Source: Eledone cirrhosa (taxonomy: Eukaryota). From it: a stretch of DNA of 64,000 bases. The DNA lies in NCBI GenBank assembly GCA_964016885.1, contig OZ024752.1, forward strand, positions 12,772,001-12,836,000, written 5' to 3'. Of this stretch, positions 1-10,700 are shown one piece after another. Made by a program: the position numbers and the translations under genes. Under the pieces are notes generated by a model. The model did not search any database. It was not told the DNA's origin and worked only from the letters and a program-made list of their open reading frames with translations. The first letter of the stretch is position 1; the number at the start of each line of letters is the position of its first letter.

Positions 1-611
1 TCCTGTCGCCAACCACCTTCACAGAGTATACTGGGTACATTTTCATGGAACCATCACTACAGAGGTTGTTGGCCATAGAACCAACTGTAAAGCCCTCTTA
101 GCTCTAGTTATGAAGTTATAGGTTGGTGGGGTTTTGGCAGGGTAAAGAGTAGGGTTAGGGTATGGGGATGTAGTGGTGTGATGTATGTGCTTGATAGAGA
201 GAGGGAGTCATGGTGGAGAGATAGGAAAAGGGGTGAAGGTTGGTAATGGGGGTAACAAGGAGTAGAGAGAGTAGCTACTATCTCTCTCGCTCTCTCTTTC
301 TCTCTTTCTACATATATATATTGTGAAAAAAAGTGTGGCTGTCTAAAAACGTTCCCTACAGACCACGTTATATAAGGAAAATGATTAAAAAAAGGGTTTG
401 AATAGTGCACCTGGTTTATATATAAGGGATCTTTATAACATGTACAAAAAATTGATGTTAGCAAAGCCTGCTTTCTCCGTTTTAGATCTTCAAAACATTT
501 GTTATTAGGTTAAATTGTTTTTTCGTTAAAACTCCAGCATGCTGATTTTTCGACCACATATATATATAGTTTACTCCTGAATAAAGTTAATGAAAATTTG
601 ACACCTTGTCC

Positions 612-900
612 ATCATCATCATCATCATCATTTTACGTCCGCTTTTCCCTGCTTGCAAAGGTGGGATGGGCCCTATTCAGCACAACATCTCTCCATTCGT
701 CACCCGTCCTTCATCATCTCCTCCGGGAGCTTCAGCGATCTGAGGTCAGCTCTCACCACCTCCGCCCATGATTTTCGTGCTCTTCCTCTACTGCGTCTTC
801 CTTCCACTGGGATTTCTTGGCACTTCTTTCCCCAGTGGTCATCCTCCATGCGCATCACATGTCCCTACCATCTCAGTCTTCTCTCCTGCATACTACAGTT
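612..900 (-). mobile_element. RTE-like LINE 3' end fragment with (GAT)n tail
   Basis: Minus frame GHVMRMEDDHWGKKCQEIPVEGRRSRGRARKSW; the same CATCAT-TTTACGTCCGCTTTTCC end recurs at about 13960. Confidence 0.65.
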
Positions 901-961
901 TATCCCCCTTATACATACTTATTAATTATATATATATATATCACATTTATTTTATTTTTAG

Positions 962-1138
962 GTATTTTGTGTAAAACTCACCCTGAAATTGTAAATGGCA
1001 CATTCCTTTCATTACATAGTAAATTCTATTTTAATGATTCCATAAGAGTTGTATGTTTAGAAGGTTATGAATTAATTGGAAATTCACCAATAACCTGCCA
1101 AAACAATGGAAATTGGACTTCTCTACCAACATGTAAAG
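962..1138 (+). CDS. Exon 1 in window: CCP/sushi domain
   Basis: ttttag|GT...AAAG|gtaatt; ILCKTHPEIVNG...VVCLEGYELIGNSPITCQNNGNWTSLPTCK; phase 1-1, 177 nt. Confidence 0.92.
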
Positions 1139-2737
1139 GTAATTATTTTTTCTCTTTCTTGTTCATTACTTTTTTCGGATGAAAAATAGAAACATAGAAA
1201 GTACTTAGAAACATAGTAACATCACTGATGATGTTACAGAGATGTGTGACAAAAGAACTCTGAAAAACTATATTTATATTTTGTAACTGTTCGTCAATCA
1301 ATGATAAACATTGATTGCCAGCTAAATTATTTATAGAAATATAAAAATATACTGAAGCGAAAACCAAACTAAACAGTAAGTGTGTTTTACTATATTTTTC
1401 TAGCCATATTAGAACAACATGATCCTCCCAAAATATAACAATATATATTTTTTAAAAAACAGTCGTTTTGGAAGCCTCAACAATGCAAATGGGTAAATCT
1501 CTGGGTAACAAAATCAGGTGGCAGTAAGATGAGAGAGAGAATTGGGAAGAAGCATAGAAAGAGACGTAGAGAGCATAAAAGACGTAAAAAAGGTGTAAAA
1601 AGACAGAAGATAGTTACCTTTGAAACGATTTATTGGTCCCTATATTTTCACATCCATCAACAAGTGGATTTTCTAAGGGGAAAGAATTACGTTGGGGAAG
1701 AGAACAACGCCTGACCTTCCTTGTCTGTCACAATTGAAATACTCTATTTTATATTTCAATAGAATGCATACAAATAAACCTTATTTATGTATTTAAAATT
1801 TGTAAAATAGAAAGAGGAAAAAAAGTGGAAGAAGACATACATTCTCTAGCATATGCCACAAGGAGTGCTGGAGTTTCCTCTCTGATGATTTTTTAGGCAA
1901 GCCAACACACCCGCAGCATGGTTGTGGGTGATAGTGAGACTAATACAATGGAATAACCAGTACACTCATGAGCATTACTTATATATATATATATTTGTAA
2001 GGCAAGCCACCGACAATGACATGAACCTTGTTAGAGTGGTCTAGCTCCCCCAAATATCTTGAATGCTGCAGACTGAAAAAACTAGTTTGCCAATAATTCC
2101 TGGTATTTTAGAATTCAGCTTCCTGTCCTCCCCCACTTGTGAACATGGCCCTAAAATACTTGAACTTCACCTGCTTCAGTGTAACTCCACTCACAGACGC
2201 ACGCGTGTGTGCCAAGTGACTTGGATCTCTGGAAAGGCACCAAATACCAATTGGGAATGGTAATCTTCTTCTTCGGCTGAGTTTACACTCGCAAAGATTC
2301 AGCACGCTTTCTCCAGTCGTCCCGGTCGAGCATGACATTTCTCAGTTCATCGATGTTATCAATGTTGGCATCTCTCAGCAGGGTATCAATGAATGAGACG
2401 GCTTGTCTTCCCACGCTTCTTCGTCCGACTGCCGGTTTCCAGAGCACAAGTTGTGAAACAAATATGAAAGGAATGATAAGGCTGATTTTCAAAATGGGAA
2501 ATGAATGATTAAAAATAAAATTATTGGTTTCGTCAAGTATGAAATTTGTAGAAATTTGTTTGTTTTTCTACAAATTTCATAGTTGACGAACCAATAGAAT
2601 TTTATTTCTCGCTCTCACATAGAGAGTTACATAAATGTAATCGCTGGAATGAATGGATGATGATCATTATCAAGACATAGTGTAATGAGGCTGTTTGCTT
2701 GCAAAGAAATCAAATATTATTATTTGATAATAATAAT

Positions 2738-3140
2738 AAGGGTGGTGGATTGGCAGTATTGGTAGTGTCAGACAATGCTTTGCAGCATAGAGTTATGGTC
2801 CTTTACGTTCTGAGTTAAAATCGTTCCGAGGTTAGCTTTGCCTTTTATCCTTATAGGGTCGATAAAATAAATCACCAGTAATGCACTGGGGTAATTGCTT
2901 GCCTTGTGCCAAAGGTAGAAACAATTATTATTATTTGATATTAAGGCTGGTGGATAGGCAGTATCGGTAGAGGTGTCGGGCGTCATGCTTTGATGCAAAG
3001 AGTTACGGCCCTTTATGGTCTGAGTTCAAATCCCACCGAGGTTAATTTTGCCTTTCATCCTTACGGGGTTGATGAAATAAAGTACCAGTAATGCACTGGA
3101 ATAATTGCTGTCCTTGTGCCAAAAGTAGAAATAATTATTT
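2738..3140 (+). mobile_element. Two tandem copies of the dominant ~200-bp tRNA-derived SINE (about 30 copies/fragments in window)
   Basis: A box TGGCAGTATCGG, B box GAGTTCAAATCC, core GCCTTTCATCCTTACGGGGTCGATAAAATAAAGTACCAG, (ATT)n tail; other copies near 12385, 29075, 29358, 32945, 33120, 38268, 46493, 46860, 47076, 54293, 58081, 58394, 58753, 61880. Confidence 0.88.
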
Positions 3141-3284
3141 GATATTAACCCTTTAGCATTTAAACCGGCCATATCCGGCCAGAATTCTCTCCTCTCTTTC
3201 TGTTCAAACTGGCTGTATCTAATCATTCATACTAATGTTGAGGTATTGTTCTAAAATAAATAATATCAAAATCTCATAGATTAG

Positions 3285-4697
3285 ATATTATGTGAGATAT
3301 TATGTGAGGTAAAGCCTTTACTGTGAAAATACAATAGTATATATAGAGTAATGTAAATGTTATGTGAGATATTATATGCAATAAAGCCTTTACTGTGAAA
3401 ATACAATAGTAAATATAGAGTAATGTAAATGTTATGTGAGATATTATATGCAATAAAGCCTTTACTGTGAAAATACAATAGTAAATATAGAGTAATGTAA
3501 ATGTTATGTGAGATATTATGTGAGGTAAAGCCTTTACTGTGAAAATACAATAGTAAATATAGAGTAATGTAAATGTTATGTGAGGTATTATGTGAGGTAA
3601 AACCTTTACTGTGAAAATACAATAGTATATATAGAGTAATGTAAATGTTATGTGAGATATTATGTGAGGTAAAGCCTTTACTGTGAAAATACAATAGTAA
3701 ATATAGAGTAATGTAAATATTATGTGAGATAAAGCCTTTACTGTGAAAATACAATAGTATATATAAAGTAATGTAAATGCTAAAAGGTAAAACTCATAAA
3801 TGCACAAATAAAAGATGCACAAATAAAAGATTGCTCTAATTATAATATGGATCTCCTTGTTAACCTTTTAGCATTTAAACCGGTCAAATGTGGCCAGAGT
3901 TCTCTCACATCTTTCTATTCAAACCGGCCATAACTTGCCACTCATACTGATGTTAAGGTATTGTTCTAAAAAAATAATATCAAAATCTCATAGATTCGAT
4001 ATTATGAGAGATAAAACCTTTACCATAAAAGTACAATAGTATATATAGAGTAATGTAAATGTTATGTGAGATATTATGTCAGATAAAACCTTTACCATAA
4101 AAGTACAATAGTATATATAGAGTAATGTAAATGTTATGTGAGATATTATGTCAGATAAAACCTTTACCATAAAAGTACAATAGTATATATAGAGTAATGT
4201 AAATGTTATGTGAGATATTGTCAGATAAAACCTTTACCATAAAAGTACAATAGTATATATAGAGTAATGTAAATGTTATGTGAGATATTATGTCAGATAA
4301 AACCTTTACCATAAAAGTACAATAGTATATATAGAGTAATGTAAATGTTATGTGAGATATTATGTCAGATAAAACCTTTACCATAAAAGTACAATAGTAT
4401 ATATAGAGTAATGTAAATGTTATGTGAGATATTATGTCAGATAAAACCTTTACTATAAAAGTACAATAGTATATATAGAGTAATGTAAATGTTATGTGAG
4501 ATATTATGTCAGATAAAACCTTTACTATAAAAGTACAATAGTAAATATAGAGTAATGTAAATGTTATGTGAGATATTATGTGAGATAAAACCTTTACTAT
4601 AAAAGTACAATAGTAAATATAGAGTAATGTAAATGTTATGTGAGATATTATGTGAGATAAAACCTTTACTATAAAAGTACAATAGTATATATAGAGT
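3285..4697. repeat. 72-bp minisatellite arrays inside two adjacent TTAA-MITE copies
   Basis: Unit AGATAAAACCTTTACCATAAAAGTACAATAGTATATATAGAGTAATGTAAATGTTATGTGAGATATTATGTC. Confidence 0.92.
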
Positions 4698-4934
4698 GGT
4701 TTCTTTATTTGCCACTAGGGCACAAAAGGTAGGGACAGATACAAGGGGGGAAGTTTACATATAATTAACGAGTACAAAAATATAACAATGAAATAACAAC
4801 AACAAACGAAGTCCTCAATAGGGAGGGGGCATTAACATGGGTCACACACACCCCGGAAAAAATGTGTAACCCTTCTCCTCAGGAGCACAAAGAGTAGGTG
4901 CTTCCCTCGTCTCCTCTTTTTCCTCTTCTTTCAC

Positions 4935-7900
4935 CTACAGGCTGATATAGAGAGAAGACCCATTCACTCTGGCCATTCTCCCTACTTTCACCCACCTTTC
5001 ATAAAACTTGCTGGGGTAGAGCACCTCTCTCTCCATTCTGATCCTTCTTTTAAAATGGTATTTGAAAAAGGGGACCAGTTGTTGGCCGGAGAGAAAGGTG
5101 TCTGACCTCAGCCCTTTCAGCCTCGTCCACCATACAACTTCTTTAGCCATGGCTACCACACAGAGAAAAACCGCCTCTCCTTCGTTTTTGAAAGGGGGAG
5201 GCGGTTTGATCGTGACAATGGACTCGGTGGTCAACCGGATTGGTCCCACCCTCGACAGTAGTCGTTCCACATAGCCCCACAGGTCAGCAATGCCTGGGCA
5301 GTGTACGAATGCGTGCGCAACGGTTTCGTCATCATGCACGCATCTCGGACAGATCTTATTCAAAGGATCTCTACCCAGGCTCCCATGCCTGTGGAGCTTG
5401 TCTCGAACGGGTAGAGCCCCTCGGTAGCACTGCCAAGCCAGGGACTTTTGGAAGTTGTCCATCGGTCCAGGGCCAAACGTCCTACCGAACAGACTGGCCA
5501 GTTCATCTTCCTCCATGCCTAGAGCTTCTCCGAGAGCATCGTCGCACCTGCTGCGTACCAACCCTCTATAGAATGTCGACGTGGAGTCTCCACTGATTGC
5601 CGGGTCCGCTTTCCAGAGGGCCGTGAGCGCCTGGGCACATTCAATGTGCCAGTCGCCCACTTTTCTCGGTCTTTGCTTGACCCAGGATTGCAGCTCGGTG
5701 AGCGAGACGAGTCTGGGAAAGGCTCGCCTCACAAACGGGGCCCACACCGGTTGACCGGTGAGGAATACCTGGAGGTGCCGTAGCCTTAATGCGTGTTTAC
5801 GCATCTGTAGCCACGGCATCCCCAGCCCTCCTTTCGAAGGGTGTTGACAGCAGATGGATCTCCTCACCAAAGGGGTCCGCTTGTTCCAAAGAAATTGGAA
5901 CAGCGCGCACTCCATTTTGGCGAGTCTTTTCACTGGGCAAGGCACGACGGTCAAGCGGTAGTAGATGACGGATGCTATATAAGTATTCGCCACCTCCGCT
6001 CGACCTTTCAGGGATAGTTTGCACTGGGCCCACTTCTGGGTGAGTGCAAACACCCTGGCCGTTACCTCGTTCCAGTTTTTCTCCACCTGGAGGTCTGGTC
6101 CGAACCAGACCCCAAGCAGCTTCACCGGGCCCTCCGTCCAGCGTCCGACGACGTCGTTGGAGGGCATCGGTTTGCCTCTCCATGTTCCGAGTTGCAAACC
6201 GACGGACTTGTCCCGGTTCAGCTTGGCTCCTGTAAACCTTTCATATTCCTCCAGTAAGGTGCCGATCTCACCGATTTGCGAGGTTTTCGACACCATTACT
6301 GTCACGTCATCGGCGTGGGCCGACGCCGCTTTCTGCAATCCCGGTTCCAAAGGGATGCCCTGCAACCGCTCCAACTTCCGCAGTAGTGGCTCAAGAGCCA
6401 GCACATACAGTAGGGAGGAGAGAGGGCATCCCTGTCGGATGGATCGCATGATTTGGAACGGCTCCGAGAGGTGGCCGTTCACCTTGACCCTTGAGCAGAC
6501 GTTGCTGCTGTGCATCGCAGCAATCCAACCCCTGAAAACGGGTCCGAAGCCTGCCGCTGCGAGCACCGCATCCAGGTAACGATGGTCAACCCTATCGAAA
6601 GCTTTAGATTGATCCAAGTTGATCAGGGCCCCACCAAAGCCTGGTTCATTCCCTACCCTCTCTATGATGTATCGCATAAGGTGGAGATTGTCGTGAATGG
6701 ACCTGGACGGGATTGCGCATGTCTGCGCTTCTCCCACCAGGTTTCCAACGACAAGCGCCAACCTCTTCGCTAACACCTTGGCCAAAATCTTTAACTCTGT
6801 ATTTAGCAGAGTTATGGGCCTGAAGTTACTTATGTCATCCCCCTTGTTCTCATCCTTCCTCACCAGCGTAACTACGCCCTTGGTCACAGAACTGGGAATT
6901 CTCCCGTTCTGCTGCCAGTTGCAGTAGACCGCTTCGAGGATATCGGAGAACAAGTCCGGCATCGCTACATATAGCTCGTATGGTAGACCATCGAGACCCG
7001 GGGATTTGCGTTTGCCGCATTGGCTCAGCGCCGCCCCTATCTCAGCAGCTGAAATCGTCCTTTCGCAGGACTTCGCGTCCGAGAGGCGCGGCAGACCGTC
7101 GAGGTATGGATTGAAATCCATAGTCTCACCCGGCGCGCCGCCCCTCTCGAACAGTCGTGCAAAGTGCCGCTGAAAGGCCGCACACATCTGCCCAGGTTCA
7201 AGGATCACACGCCCATCCTGGTCCTTCAAAGACCGAATCGTGGACTTGTTCCCACTTTTTGCCTCTGTCACTCGGGCCCAGCTCACAGCTTTGGCTCCCT
7301 CATTACCCAGAGCACGTATTTTACTCCTGACAACGCAGCCTTCATGCTTCACCTCAAAGAACTGGTCTAAGGCCATTCTTGATGCCAGCACGCCGGCTAC
7401 ATTGCCACTCCTAATCGCCTCTTCTACTCTATCTACTAATTCCCTTTCCGTCTTGTTCCTATCCCTTGCTAATTCCTGACTAAAACCTATCGATTCTATT
7501 CTAATTGCTCTCTTAAGAGAGCTCCACCACCTGTTGTTGACAATTGCCCCTGTCAAACTCTGCTTAACTAACGTGCTAATCCGTTTACTGTAAGCTTTGC
7601 TTCTCGGTAAGGACAAGTTCAGCTTCCAGTAACCGGGTCCCTGTCTATGGGTTCTATCAAGGTTGGCTATGCAGGTCACTAACTTGTGATCCGAATAGTC
7701 AACCATGAACATTTTTGGACAGCTAAATGTGTCCCTATCGTTCTCTCTAACTAGGACCCTATCTAGGTACGACCTAGATGTTCCACTGCGATTGGTCCAC
7801 GTCCATAGTGGTACAGTCGGAAAATCTAGTCGATATCTATCGGCCAGGTCAAATCGGCCGATTAACCTTTTGAGGCTTTTACACCCCCCTCTATTGGCAC

Positions 7901-8366
7901 ATGCCCCTACATAGTCCCAACGTGCATCCAGGATACCATTCCAGTCCCCCACTAAAAGCAAGGAGCGGGACGTTCCCAGAAAAGTTTCCAGACGTTGGAA
8001 GTATTCCGGCCGCGCTGCCCAAAAAGGGGCGTACACAGCTATTAGTCTAAGGGCTCCACTTTCACTACTGCCGACGTCTAAAACCACCAGTCGACCCTCC
8101 GGGTCCAGGTGCACCTTCTGTATGGCGAGGCCCAGGTGTTTTCGCAGCAGAACGACAACTCCACCCCCACCCCCCGGTTGACAGAGAGATGCGAAGATCT
8201 CAAAGTCGTCGAAGAGGGGCGCCAGTTGGTGCTCGCTGCTGATCCTGGACTCGCAAATAGCCATTACATCCATTCTATGCGACCTGAGATCGTTTAAAAG
8301 TTTGCCTTGTTTCCAAGACAGTCCCAGGCCACGTACATTCAGACACCCAACTCTTATATCAGCCAT
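4935..8366 (-). CDS. LINE ORF2: APE endonuclease + reverse transcriptase + C-terminal CCHC zinc finger (1143 aa)
   Basis: APE motifs CLNVRGL, GDWN, YLDRVL, SDH; WKLN; RT motifs SPGLDGLP, FRPITLLN, DQSKAFDRV, RQGCPLS, HADD; C-terminal CPRC...H...C. Confidence 0.96.
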   Translation of the reverse strand: MADIRVGCLNVRGLGLSWKQGKLLNDLRSHRMDVMAICESRISSEHQLAPLFDDFEIFASLCQPGGGGGVVVLLRKHLGLAIQKVHLDPEGRLVVLDVGSSESGALRLIAVYAPFWAARPEYFQRLETFLGTSRSLLLVGDWNGILDARWDYVGACANRGGCKSLKRLIGRFDLADRYRLDFPTVPLWTWTNRSGTSRSYLDRVLVRENDRDTFSCPKMFMVDYSDHKLVTCIANLDRTHRQGPGYWKLNLSLPRSKAYSKRISTLVKQSLTGAIVNNRWWSSLKRAIRIESIGFSQELARDRNKTERELVDRVEEAIRSGNVAGVLASRMALDQFFEVKHEGCVVRSKIRALGNEGAKAVSWARVTEAKSGNKSTIRSLKDQDGRVILEPGQMCAAFQRHFARLFERGGAPGETMDFNPYLDGLPRLSDAKSCERTISAAEIGAALSQCGKRKSPGLDGLPYELYVAMPDLFSDILEAVYCNWQQNGRIPSSVTKGVVTLVRKDENKGDDISNFRPITLLNTELKILAKVLAKRLALVVGNLVGEAQTCAIPSRSIHDNLHLMRYIIERVGNEPGFGGALINLDQSKAFDRVDHRYLDAVLAAAGFGPVFRGWIAAMHSSNVCSRVKVNGHLSEPFQIMRSIRQGCPLSSLLYVLALEPLLRKLERLQGIPLEPGLQKAASAHADDVTVMVSKTSQIGEIGTLLEEYERFTGAKLNRDKSVGLQLGTWRGKPMPSNDVVGRWTEGPVKLLGVWFGPDLQVEKNWNEVTARVFALTQKWAQCKLSLKGRAEVANTYIASVIYYRLTVVPCPVKRLAKMECALFQFLWNKRTPLVRRSICCQHPSKGGLGMPWLQMRKHALRLRHLQVFLTGQPVWAPFVRRAFPRLVSLTELQSWVKQRPRKVGDWHIECAQALTALWKADPAISGDSTSTFYRGLVRSRCDDALGEALGMEEDELASLFGRTFGPGPMDNFQKSLAWQCYRGALPVRDKLHRHGSLGRDPLNKICPRCVHDDETVAHAFVHCPGIADLWGYVERLLSRVGPIRLTTESIVTIKPPPPFKNEGEAVFLCVVAMAKEVVWWTRLKGLRSDTFLSGQQLVPFFKYHFKRRIRMEREVLYPSKFYERWVKVGRMARVNGSSLYISL

Positions 8367-8387
8367 GTTGGTTAAAAGAGGAAGGAC

Positions 8388-10112
8388 CTACCTGTTCGGC
8401 TCCTGAGGAGCAGGTTGCACAATATCCATGGGCGTATTGGAGGGGTTGTTTGGTGGGGTGTTGTTCTGTGGTGGAGTGGGGGTGTTTGGTGAGGTGTGGG
8501 TGGGGAAACGTTTCAAGAGGACGCGGTTATAGGGTCGAGTACATGTTTTCCCCACGTCCTCAGGAAAGTTCTCTCTTAGTTTTGCATAGGTGTCCATTGG
8601 GAGTCTTATCATTTTTAAATGCGGTTTGTTGGCCGCGCTTGCAAAGAATTGCCCTTCAGTTTCCACCAAAGGGTCTTTGTGTATTGTTTTTACTAGTTCT
8701 TTGTTATTTGTGTTAATGTATGTATACTGTTTTATTTGTGTTGTGTTTGTTTGTTGTTCTTGTGTGTGCTTACGTTTTGTTGTATGTGTTATGTTTTGGG
8801 GTGGGGCGGATTTTGTTTGTTCTGTTTGTTTTGTTTTTGTTGGTGGTTGTGTGTTTGTTTCGTTTATGTTCGAGTGGTGCTTTCTTTTTTTCCTTTTTAC
8901 AGGTTGGAAGGGTTCCCCCTCTTCGTCACTAGGTGCCGTTTCCGCTGGGTCCTCGTCCGTGCTGTTGGGTAGTGGTGTATTTTGGGGTTTTGTTGTATTT
9001 GTGTGTGTTTTGGGAGTTGTTTTGGGTGGGGCCGTGTCTTGTGTTATTTTTCCCTGTTGTTTTTGTTGTTGTGGTGGTGGTGGTGGTGGAGGTGGTGGTG
9101 GTGGTGTGTGGGGTGTAGGCAAAAGAGCCTTTTTTTTTGTCAATTGAGGACAAGCAGCCCTTAGATGACCCCTGCTTGAACAGTAGTAACATATGGGCCT
9201 CCTACCCTCGGCTGAAATATATATAAATGTTTCTCCATCGAGGGACACCCTCTGTGGTATTCTAGCTATTCGTTCTGGTCTCATTTGGACCAGAACCTCC
9301 ACGCTCAAACCGCCGAAAACGTCTGTGGTGACTTCTCCTACTGAGAGGATTCCGTCCTCGTCTTCTAAAAATCCTGTTAGTACCCAGGAAATGCATGCAT
9401 TTGGCCGGATTCCGGAGACCCTTATCTTCTGCGTTCTTTTCCCTAAATATGTGGGGAAAAATGTATGTAGCTTGGAAACAATTGGTGCCACAGAGTATTT
9501 CCTGGCCGTCAATTGATCCTTCATTAGGACCGTTATATTCCCATAGAGTGGCCCTTTTTGTATGAACGATATATCACTCCACACATTTTTTAGGACCAGC
9601 TCAATCTCTTTTTGGGATAATTGAGTTGGTTTCCTTGTTATGTTGGAAATTGTTCTGAAAGATATCGTTCTTAGCGTCGTGTCTCTTTTGATTTCTTGTG
9701 GGGAGGTGATTGTGAAGTCTCCTCCTTCTTTGAAAGTTACATACTGTTTCGCTTCCTTCATCTTTTCTCTCAGAGTTGTAATGTCCAGTTGCTTGCAGGT
9801 TTGTGTTTTCCGGACCGCCTGTGCAAAGGAGGCACCAGTAGTGGGTTCGCTTTGTTTGGTGTTATCGTTATTTTTTCCTTGGTTGGTGTTGTGACTATTG
9901 CTGTTATTGTCGTTGTTGTTTTTGTCTGCGTTTATGTGACTTTCTGGGTTTTCACCCATTTTTACAAATTTTTCTTTTAATTCCGTGTTCCATGTTTCTT
10001 TTGCAGAAGTCAGGAGGGAAGACTTAGAGCCTTGTGCTTCTAGCTTCTCTGTATCACCTTTCTTAGGGGGCGTGGCTTTCACGTTAGGATGAGATGTGAA
10101 AATTCCGTCCAT
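8388..10112 (-). CDS. LINE ORF1: gag-like protein with CCHC zinc knuckle (574 aa from first ATG)
   Basis: CYYCSSRGHLRAAC knuckle, Pro/Thr/Gln-rich tail, basic KRKKRK; lies directly upstream of ORF2; ATG at 10112. Confidence 0.88.
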   Translation of the reverse strand: MDGIFTSHPNVKATPPKKGDTEKLEAQGSKSSLLTSAKETWNTELKEKFVKMGENPESHINADKNNNDNNSNSHNTNQGKNNDNTKQSEPTTGASFAQAVRKTQTCKQLDITTLREKMKEAKQYVTFKEGGDFTITSPQEIKRDTTLRTISFRTISNITRKPTQLSQKEIELVLKNVWSDISFIQKGPLYGNITVLMKDQLTARKYSVAPIVSKLHTFFPTYLGKRTQKIRVSGIRPNACISWVLTGFLEDEDGILSVGEVTTDVFGGLSVEVLVQMRPERIARIPQRVSLDGETFIYISAEGRRPICYYCSSRGHLRAACPQLTKKKALLPTPHTPPPPPPPPPPPQQQKQQGKITQDTAPPKTTPKTHTNTTKPQNTPLPNSTDEDPAETAPSDEEGEPFQPVKRKKRKHHSNINETNTQPPTKTKQTEQTKSAPPQNITHTTKRKHTQEQQTNTTQIKQYTYINTNNKELVKTIHKDPLVETEGQFFASAANKPHLKMIRLPMDTYAKLRENFPEDVGKTCTRPYNRVLLKRFPTHTSPNTPTPPQNNTPPNNPSNTPMDIVQPAPQEPNR

Positions 10113-10700
10113 TTCTATTAGTTTGCCGTAATAAATTTTTAACTGGAAAATTCGCCCCAAAAAGGGGCGAAAATAAATAAACTCAAAGTTTGACGACCAA
10201 GGCAAGGGGTTAACGTATATTACAGTATAAAAAAATTAATCAAAACTCACTTTTTGAGTAAGTAAATCCGACTCGGTAGCCGAGCTTGTTCACACACGTC
10301 AACACACGTCTCTCGTATACGAGATGTTATGTGAGATATTATGTGAGGTAAAACCTTTACTATAAAAGTACAATAGTAAATATAGAGTAATGTAAATGCT
10401 AAAGGGTTCAGCCTCCACAGTAAAGTCTATGTTAAATGTTTGGCAAAGAGATGTAGGGAGATTGTTGAGTTTAAATTTGCTGAGAAACAGAGGGGTTTTC
10501 ACCCCAGACACAACACTGCCAACCAAATATTCACACTACAACAGGTCTTCAAGATTTTGTGAGAATATTGCTAAGTGGTGTATGTTTGTTTAGAGGATCT
10601 TAAAAAACATATGACTGCATCCAATGGGACTTGTTATGGGAGACTCTGCAGGAGCATGGGACCAACAGATAACTTCCTGTTACCTTCAACTCCCTCTAAG

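Larger units (their letters stand above)
4698..10323 (-). mobile_element. Apparently full-length L1/Tx1-clade non-LTR retrotransposon (about 5.6 kb), antisense in intron 1
   Basis: Short 5' UTR, ORF1, 21-nt spacer, ORF2, then a 3' UTR ending ...GTGGCAAATAAAGAAACC. It interrupts a 72-bp tandem array that resumes at about 10324. Confidence 0.93.

Noticed and set aside
2738-2830. tRNA genes at A/B-box sites
   Set aside because: No convincing cloverleaf; each continues into the SINE core and tail.
3274-4715. Hydrophobic repetitive ORFs on the minus strand
   Set aside because: Translations of the 72-bp MITE tandem repeat.
10113-10205. 31-aa N-terminal extension of ORF1 in the ORF track
   Set aside because: It starts at TTG; the first ATG is at 10112, so this is most likely 5' UTR.
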